A DNA stretch of 14,552 nt from Promethearchaeota archaeon. Lineage in GTDB: Archaea; Asgardarchaeota; Lokiarchaeia; Sigyniarchaeales; SOKP01. The notes below the pieces were generated by a model that did no database searches, had not been told where the DNA came from, and was given only the letters and a program-made list of their open reading frames with translations. Positions within the stretch are counted from its first letter, which is position 1. Every line of letters begins with the position of its first letter. This document shows positions 8,492 through 14,552 of this stretch, in pieces. The position numbers and the translations under genes are program-made. The DNA lies in assembly GCA_048940445.1 (NCBI GenBank), contig JBHLON010000058.1:1-14552 (forward strand), read 5' to 3'.

Positions 8492-8695
8492 ATGGACACT
8501 AAATTGTCTCAAGATTCGAGGAAAAAAAAAATCCTTCTCATCATCATTGCTATAGTAATTATCATTTCTGCTATTACTGCTGTAATGGTTATGCTATTTT
8601 TCTATTATTCTTATCCCACTGATGGAGAAGGATGAGGATGTGTTATTCTAATACATTATTCTCTAAAAATATTCACAAATTTAATATGGGTATGA
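8492..8695 (+). CDS. Small single-pass membrane protein, candidate selenoprotein (47 aa if TGA 8633-8635 is a stop; 67 aa with Sec at residue 48)
   Basis: Manual translation: MDTKLSQDSRKKK-ILLIIIAIVIIISAITAVMVMLFFYY-SYPTDGEG[TGA]GCVILIHYSLKIFTNLIWV[TGA]. It has a basic N-terminus, one clean TM helix, an upstream GGTGA and a SECIS-like hairpin downstream. Not in the ORF track. Confidence 0.6.
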
Positions 8696-8734
8696 GCCTT
8701 GGGAGTAAATTTTAGTCTCAAGAGGACCCACCCA
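8687..8734 (+). promoter_or_regulatory. SECIS-like / kink-turn RNA hairpin
   Basis: UGGGU-AUGA-GCCUUGGGAGU-AAA-UUUUAGUCUCAAGAG-GA-CCCACCCA. The AUGA (8692-95) and GA (8725-26) form the tandem G-A core. Helix CUUGGGA/UCUCAAG follows, AAA lies 11 nt after AUGA, and the lower helix is UGGG(U)/(A)CCCA. Confidence 0.6.
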
Positions 8735-8869
8735 GCAAGGGTAATAAAAAAATAATATCTCTAAGAATATCTTTTATAGTATGTTTGATTCTTATTTATT
8801 AATTAACAAAAGTCTTTTAAATCGTTAAAACCTCTTAAATTAAATCGCTTCACTAGATGTGAAAAATTT

Positions 8870-9667
8870 ATGTCAAAAGAGATTCCGGAAGCAGTTAAAG
8901 ATGCACTCCGCAATATCGGGTTAACTGATTATGAAATTGCTATATATCTTACTCTTATCGTAAAAGGACCAATGGATGCTCGAGAATTGTCGGAATCTTC
9001 CGGTGTGCCTTACTCACGTATATATAATATTTTGACTCAATTAGAAAAAGATAAAATGTTTTTAATTCGGGAGGAAGAATCACGTCCTTCGAGATATTTT
9101 GCCAAAAGCCCAGATGAGGCATTAGCTATCGCTAAAAAGCAGTATAACGATAGCTTTGATAAGTTTTCAAATCAAATAATCCACAATTTAACCCCTATCT
9201 ATCAATCTCATGATACACCAATAAAAATTGCATTATATATCCATAGAGGGAGAGATACATGTATTAATCGAAGCTTAGCCCTAATAAATATGGCTAAAAC
9301 TGCAGTTTATTTAATTGCTCCTGAATATGAATTTTTAGAAGTTTTTCACCAAGATATGAAAAAGGCTCGAGCAAGAGGAGTCACTGATATTAGAATTTTA
9401 ATTGAAGAATCAGCTTTAAAAGATGATAAATTTAAGGAACTTCTTAAAAAATATAATGAAATCTCAGAAATAAGGATTCGTGATCAGATCTTTGGAACAG
9501 CCATTATCATGGATGAAGGAGAGGATGCTTTCATCATTTTAACTCAAAAAATCTTTAAAAAGCTTAGTTATTTTGGGGCTGTTACGGATCATATTGCTTT
9601 TGGTCCAGCTGCAAATTACTATTTTAGTTATCTTTACGATACAGCAAAGAAAGCAAAAATAACTTGA
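8870..9667 (+). CDS. TrmB family transcriptional regulator
   Basis: LRNIGLTDYEIAIYLTL...ARELSESSGVPYSRIYNILTQLE...RPSRYFAKSP winged HTH, followed by a PLD-like effector domain (AKTAVYLIAP, RGVTDIRIL). Confidence 0.92.
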   Translation: MSKEIPEAVKDALRNIGLTDYEIAIYLTLIVKGPMDARELSESSGVPYSRIYNILTQLEKDKMFLIREEESRPSRYFAKSPDEALAIAKKQYNDSFDKFSNQIIHNLTPIYQSHDTPIKIALYIHRGRDTCINRSLALINMAKTAVYLIAPEYEFLEVFHQDMKKARARGVTDIRILIEESALKDDKFKELLKKYNEISEIRIRDQIFGTAIIMDEGEDAFIILTQKIFKKLSYFGAVTDHIAFGPAANYYFSYLYDTAKKAKIT

Positions 9668-9741
9668 TTATAACTTTTAAAATCAACGTATGTAATAATC
9701 AAACTGACTATTTTGGAGTTTGCATTACAAAAGCTTTCATT

Positions 9742-9996
9742 TTAAAACTTTATACTAATAGCATTTTCGGGGCATATTTCAACACATTTAAAGCAGCGTG
9801 AACACACAGATGGCCATATAGCAGTGATTTTCCAGTGCTGAGGATCATATACGTTTTCTTCCTTATATCTCAAATCTTCATGTCTTAAGAAAACACATGG
9901 GTCACATACATTAAGACACTTAGCACAATCTCTGGGATCTACATTACCATCGGGACCACATTTTGAATAATCAATATTAATTTTCGTTTTACTCAT
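9742..9996 (-). CDS. 4Fe-4S ferredoxin-like protein
   Basis: C-x10-CAKCLNVCDP and CSRCFKCVEICPENAI. An AGGTGA RBS overlaps the stop codon of the upstream gene. Confidence 0.88.
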   Translation of the reverse strand: MSKTKINIDYSKCGPDGNVDPRDCAKCLNVCDPCVFLRHEDLRYKEENVYDPQHWKITAIWPSVCSRCFKCVEICPENAISIKF

Positions 9997-10004
9997 TTCA
10001 TCAC

Positions 10005-10877
10005 CTAATAATGTCCGTTAAATCCTTGAAATTCTTGCCTTGGAATAAGTTGTAAAGCATCATGTGTACAAGCATGACGACAAACTCCACATCCAAAACA
10101 TTTGTCATAGTCAACTATTACCCTTTTAATTGATGGAATGTAACGTATAGCATTCCATTGACACATAACTACACAAGATTTACATCCTTGACAGTTATCC
10201 TGATTTAAATTGATGATATATTCTGATTTAGACATGATCATCAAATCAAAATCATTCCTTAAGCGTAAGGCTCCGCACTCGGGACTCTCACAATTACATA
10301 TAGCATTTATGTAGGGATATGGTTGATACCATACAGTTGATACCAATCCATTCTTATTATGTTCCTCTAAGCGTTCAACTGCCTCTTCCCGAGTTATTCT
10401 ATGTGCCCTTTCTTTCGGAATGAATCTCGGAAGTTTCTCTAACACTTCCGAAAGTACACCAAAATTAATACAAGATTGATAATTTATTCCACGTTGCATC
10501 TTTCGACACATACAGTATGTTTCTACAATGGGTTCTGCTGCGAGTTTTGAAAGAATAGTTTGAGCATCCTCCATTGGTATAACTTGTCCAATATGGCCAT
10601 CAGCTCTTATTGGGTTTGGATGCCTTATATCTCCATGGATCATCCTTTCAACAGACCATCGAAGAATCTTCCCAATGATAGGCATTTGTAATTTATATCC
10701 TAAACCTTTAGATGATAATCCAGCAATCTTTCTAATATAAACTGCTTCGAAATTCATCCACTGTTCAGTTAAATATTCACGAAAAGTGTCTTCATCACCA
10801 AGTTCACTAGCAGAATAATTTTTAGCGTTCATATACCATTTCTGACCAATACCATGCTTCATACACCATTTACACAT
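10005..10877 (-). CDS. 4Fe-4S dicluster domain-containing protein with additional Cys clusters; likely start ATG 10877 (track uses TTG 10889)
   Basis: MCKWCMKHG..KWY N-terminus, CMCRK...C and AICNCESPEC. C-terminal CQGCKSCVVMC and CFGCGVCRHAC motifs. Confidence 0.87.
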   Translation of the reverse strand: MCKWCMKHGIGQKWYMNAKNYSASELGDEDTFREYLTEQWMNFEAVYIRKIAGLSSKGLGYKLQMPIIGKILRWSVERMIHGDIRHPNPIRADGHIGQVIPMEDAQTILSKLAAEPIVETYCMCRKMQRGINYQSCINFGVLSEVLEKLPRFIPKERAHRITREEAVERLEEHNKNGLVSTVWYQPYPYINAICNCESPECGALRLRNDFDLMIMSKSEYIINLNQDNCQGCKSCVVMCQWNAIRYIPSIKRVIVDYDKCFGCGVCRHACTHDALQLIPRQEFQGFNGHY

Positions 10878-11020
10878 AACAAAAACCAATTCCCCAATTA
10901 TTGATATTAGTTATAAATTAATTTTTAATTTATTTAAATTTTGAATATAGAGGTCAATTAAACACTGAATATAACATTCAAAAGCTTATTTAAAAAATGA
11001 AAGAATAATTAATATTTAGG

Positions 11021-11599
11021 ATGAAAAAAATGATTTGTCCAGATTGTGGTAAGGAACTTAAAGAACCAAACCAAGGATTTTGCACCAAGTGTGGAAGTAT
11101 AATTCCATCTTCAAATAAAATAAGTTCTTTAAAAATAGAAGAAAATGAAGATACAGCACCTATAAGGCAACATTCGAAACCAATGCTTTCTGAAGGAATT
11201 ATTAGCCCACAAAAAGTTTTTTTAGATTTATATTCAAAAAGATATTTAATTGATGGGATTATTTCAATCGCAGTAGCGGTAATTTCTTTATTTTTTGGAG
11301 TAATTATTATTATATTTTCAATTTTGATGGAGATTTACTCTCCATTACCTTATGGGCAATTTCTGATTAGAACAATCATATTAATTATTCTAAATGTTCT
11401 TTATGCTACTGGATTAACATTTGCAATTGCTTCTAGGTTAAATGGTAAAAAACTGATAAGTAATGACCTAAAAAATGGTCCTAAAAAGATAAAAAGTGTA
11501 TTGTGGATAATAGGGCTAATTATCAATTCGTTTGCTTTAATCGCTTTCTTTATAATTCTTATTATTAGCATATTAAGCTACACTTCAATATTATATTAA
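11021..11599 (+). CDS. Zinc-ribbon domain membrane protein (3 TM), paralog 1
   Basis: CPDCG...FCTKCG zinc ribbon, a polar linker and three hydrophobic helices. Confidence 0.85.
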   Translation: MKKMICPDCGKELKEPNQGFCTKCGSIIPSSNKISSLKIEENEDTAPIRQHSKPMLSEGIISPQKVFLDLYSKRYLIDGIISIAVAVISLFFGVIIIIFSILMEIYSPLPYGQFLIRTIILIILNVLYATGLTFAIASRLNGKKLISNDLKNGPKKIKSVLWIIGLIINSFALIAFFIILIISILSYTSILY

Positions 11600-11760
11600 T
11601 CTTTTTCTTTGATTTTTCGAGGTTCCTCACACTCTCCCAATCTTCAATTATGTTTTAGAAATCTTATAAAAATTAAAGATTGGTCTATTAAACTTTTAAG
11701 AGTGATCTTATTTTTTAATATTATTAAGAAGTATTATATTTAATAAATTAATAATCAATA

Positions 11761-12354
11761 ATGGGAACTAAAATGTTTTGTCCAAATTGTGGTGAAGAAT
11801 TAAGAGATTCAAATCAAAGGTTTTGTAGTCGCTGTGGAAGTAAAATTTCACCTTCAGGTAAAAATATTGAATTAGAACCTGTACCAAAACAGATCATAAC
11901 ACCCGTGGTACAGCAATTAGAACAACAGCAATCTCAAATCCCAGTTGCCCCTCAAAAAGTGCCAATTAAAGGAGCAGTAGGTCCTTATTCTAAAAAAAGT
12001 TTAGCTGAGGGGATTATATCTATAGGTTTTACTGTAGCCGCTTTATATTGCAGTTTTATTGTATTTATGATTTCAAGAGCTTTTATGTTCCTTCCATCAC
12101 CTATGGTACAACCTGTTATTAGGCGAACAATTATATTGAGTGTTGTTGCTGTTATCTATCTAGTAGGGTTATTATTAGCAAATGGTGCGAGATCAAATAG
12201 TAAAAAAGCTAAAAATTATGAAACTGAAAATGGTATCCAAAAAGCAGGGAACACCCTGGGAATAATTGGGACTATTATTAATTCAATAGGTATAGCAGTT
12301 ATCCTAATAACTCTCTTTATCAGTATATTAGGTTCTGTGCTAATATTATATTAA
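11761..12354 (+). CDS. Zinc-ribbon domain membrane protein (3 TM), paralog 2
   Basis: FCPNCG...FCSRCG zinc ribbon, a Pro/Gln-rich linker and three hydrophobic helices. Colinear with 11021..11599. Confidence 0.85.
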   Translation: MGTKMFCPNCGEELRDSNQRFCSRCGSKISPSGKNIELEPVPKQIITPVVQQLEQQQSQIPVAPQKVPIKGAVGPYSKKSLAEGIISIGFTVAALYCSFIVFMISRAFMFLPSPMVQPVIRRTIILSVVAVIYLVGLLLANGARSNSKKAKNYETENGIQKAGNTLGIIGTIINSIGIAVILITLFISILGSVLILY

Positions 12355-12538
12355 TTCTTTTTTAATTTATTTCTATTCTATCATAAACCCATTTAACCTT
12401 TCAAATCCAAGATTTCACATAGATTTAAATATTTATTTTTAAACAATATATCTTATAATATTATAAAAAATTGTAAAATTCAATATTAAAGAATTAAATA
12501 GAAATTCTTTAATTAAAAAATTTTAGGCGAAATATAAA

Positions 12539-14552
12539 ATGGTTAGAACAAAATATAAAAAATTTTCCATCTATCTTTTACTACTATTATTAATATCGTT
12601 TTATTCTGTAATTGCTGTAAATTTCCAAGAAATTCGATTCAACCGTCTCAATCCGAAACCAAATAATTATGATGATTGGAATACATTTGATAGAAATGCT
12701 GATAAAAATAATAATGGAATTAGCGATGACTTTGAACCAAGGTTGAAAATTTTATCCGAAGTTGGATTTATTGAAGAAAATTTAGACCAATATAACTCAA
12801 ATATACCACAGATTGATTTTCCATCCAAGAATGTAAAAACTAATACTGTAACTATTACAAGTGATGCTATTCCTATCATTGTTTCTTTTCCTAAAGGTGA
12901 TTTTAAATATGCTTCTTCTTTTTTCGAAGAATTAGGAGGAACAGTTAACCACAAATATTCTATGGCTCTTAATGGTTTTGCAGGAAGAACTGATTATACT
13001 GCACTAAATAAATTCTGTGAAACCTTAAGAGAATCAAATATCCCTTTCTTACTTGAAGAAGACAGAATTTATCATGCGAATTTATATTTTACATCTCGAA
13101 ATATGAATCTCAGACCATATGTTTGGGATACTCTCTCATATAGAGGGGATCCATATAGCTCCATTGCAATAATTGATACTGGAATTGACGATTCCCATAA
13201 TTTCTTCATTCCAGGTTATTCTAATGGCGACTCTAGCTATAAAATAGTTGGGTGGCGAGATGTGATAAATTCATTATCAAGTCCCTATGATGATAATGGT
13301 CACGGTTCTCACTGTGGTGGAATAGCGGCAGGAATAGGGAGCCCTAATTATGATGGAAATGGACGTTCTGTAGCTACTGCTGCTTACAGTTTTAATTATA
13401 CTGGAATCAATCTACCTGAACAGGAAGTTCTGTTTGATTGGACAAGATTTCGAGTAAATACCACAGGTGTAATTGAAATGAATTGTGAATTTGATGATTA
13501 TACGCCAGGTTCAGATGATGCTTATTTTTGGGCTTATCTTTACTATGAAGGTACCCCTGTAGCCTCTTATATAGATAATTCTAGTTCGTGGAGTCACACA
13601 TTATCATTTACGGTAACCACGAGTGATTTTGGCGATTACTCCTTTATGTTTATGATCAGTTTAGTAGATAACACTGGAGATGGCTATTGTAGTGATTTTG
13701 ATGTGAGGTTCAGAAATCAAATTCACTGGCCATTCGATCCTGCTCTTTATGGGAGCGGTGATGCATGGCAAGGAATCGCTCCTGATGCAAATTTGGTGGG
13801 GATAAAAGTGTTAGATCAACAAGGGGGTGGTTGGTCATCAGATATCATTGATGGGATCGATTGGGCAATTGCAAATAAAATGACGTATAATATCACTACA
13901 ATTTCCTTGAGTTTAGGAGGTTCAGCAGGAGATACATCTTTTATTAACGCTGTAAATAATGCTGTAGAAAATGGAATTGTTACCGTAGTATCAGCAGGAA
14001 ATGATGGTCCTGGTTATAATTCTATCGGTTCTCCGGGAGATGCTGATAATGTAATCACTGTGGCGGCTATGAGTATTGATGATGAAATTACTAGTTATAG
14101 CAGTCAAGGTGGAACTTCATATACAGGAAATACTATTAAACCAGATATAACTGCTCCAGGAGGTAGCTTTTACAATGTCCAGATGTTTTCAACAGATACG
14201 AATGATAACGATGCTGAAGGTGTATACCCTTCAGATGTGTATGCAAATGATATGATGGGTGCTCAGGGAACTTCGATGTCTGCTCCTGCTGTTGCCGGAG
14301 CATCAAATCTATTGATTGAAGCGATGGGTGGCCACGAAAGTTGGGGTTATACTGCTACTGAAGCGAAAAAAGTTAAAGCATTGTTATTAATGTCTGCTAC
14401 GGAAACTTATCCACTGTTGAGAGAAACTTATGATCCTAGTTATTCTCCTTTACTTAATCGCGGTGGGAAAGATGCTCATGAAGGATATGGCAGATTAAAT
14501 GTTGATGTCGCTATAGAAGCATATACACAAGAGTTGACATCAGTATCAGATG
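12539..14552 (+). CDS. Secreted S8 (subtilisin-like) serine peptidase; 3' end lies outside the window
   Basis: ATG at 12539 and the frame is open to the window end. It has a signal peptide (MVRTKYKKFSIYLLLLLISFYSVIA) and an I9-like propeptide (YSMALNGFAG). Catalytic motifs are IAIIDTGID (Asp codon 13175), DDNGHGSHCGGIAAG (His 13301), oxyanion VVSAGNDG, KPDITAPG and GTSMSAPAVAG (Ser 14273). Absent from the ORF track because it has no stop in the window. Confidence 0.95.
   Translation, partial: MVRTKYKKFSIYLLLLLLISFYSVIAVNFQEIRFNRLNPKPNNYDDWNTFDRNADKNNNGISDDFEPRLKILSEVGFIEENLDQYNSNIPQIDFPSKNVKTNTVTITSDAIPIIVSFPKGDFKYASSFFEELGGTVNHKYSMALNGFAGRTDYTALNKFCETLRESNIPFLLEEDRIYHANLYFTSRNMNLRPYVWDTLSYRGDPYSSIAIIDTGIDDSHNFFIPGYSNGDSSYKIVGWRDVINSLSSPYDDNGHGSHCGGIAAGIGSPNYDGNGRSVATAAYSFNYTGINLPEQEVLFDWTRFRVNTTGVIEMNCEFDDYTPGSDDAYFWAYLYYEGTPVASYIDNSSSWSHTLSFTVTTSDFGDYSFMFMISLVDNTGDGYCSDFDVRFRNQIHWPFDPALYGSGDAWQGIAPDANLVGIKVLDQQGGGWSSDIIDGIDWAIANKMTYNITTISLSLGGSAGDTSFINAVNNAVENGIVTVVSAGNDGPGYNSIGSPGDADNVITVAAMSIDDEITSYSSQGGTSYTGNTIKPDITAPGGSFYNVQMFSTDTNDNDAEGVYPSDVYANDMMGAQGTSMSAPAVAGASNLLIEAMGGHESWGYTATEAKKVKALLLMSATETYPLLRETYDPSYSPLLNRGGKDAHEGYGRLNVDVAIEAYTQELTSVSD

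Noticed and set aside
8048-8512. ORFs 8048..8368 (+, Cys/Tyr-rich) and 8330..8512 (-)
   Set aside because: The first is an alternative frame of the membrane protein gene, where shifted hydrophobic codons give Cys/Tyr. The second crosses low-complexity spacer and overlaps genes on the other strand.
8492-8635. Small ORF as an archaeal type IV pilin
   Set aside because: No [KR][GA] class III cleavage site before the hydrophobic stretch, and no pilin globular domain.
8687-8742. GC-rich element as tRNA, SRP RNA, TPP/fluoride riboswitch or hammerhead
   Set aside because: It has no cloverleaf or TTC loop and lacks the conserved cores of those RNAs.
9665-9667. Other TGA stops (trmB, radical SAM, 4790 hypothetical) as selenocysteine codons
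   Set aside because: The proteins look complete at those stops. There is no Cys/Gly redox context, and I saw no SECIS-like hairpin downstream.
12667-12954. 95-aa minus-strand ORF
   Set aside because: Antisense to the S8 protease pro-region.
1-14552. CRISPR array, IS/transposase, integrase, rRNA or tRNA
   Set aside because: I saw no regularly spaced repeats, terminal inverted repeats with a transposase, or RNA-gene signatures.

Overview
AT-rich archaeal chromosomal window. An Asgard (Lokiarchaeota/Promethearchaeota-like) origin is inferred, not proven, from TrmB and Lrp regulators, GGTGA ribosome-binding sites, oligo-T terminators, zinc-ribbon membrane paralogs and eukaryote-like genes. In order it holds: the 3' part of a sugar-phosphate nucleotidyltransferase; a soluble GIFT/IFT52-like protein; SlyD-type FKBP; an SPL-like radical SAM protein; a DUF885-like HExxxxH metalloprotein; a hypothetical protein; an Lrp regulator; a eukaryote-type xylulokinase; a membrane protein; TrmB; a two-gene 4Fe-4S operon; two tandem zinc-ribbon membrane paralogs; and the 5' part of a secreted S8 protease with a large internal insertion. 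The main observation is missing from the ORF track. A small single-TM ORF starts at 8492 and has an in-frame TGA in the context G-E-G-[TGA]-G-C. It is followed 56 nt later by a GC-rich hairpin with eukaryote-type SECIS/kink-turn features (AUGA-N11-AAA...GA). Together these form a candidate undescribed membrane micro-selenoprotein. All family calls come from motif recognition by eye; no searches were run.
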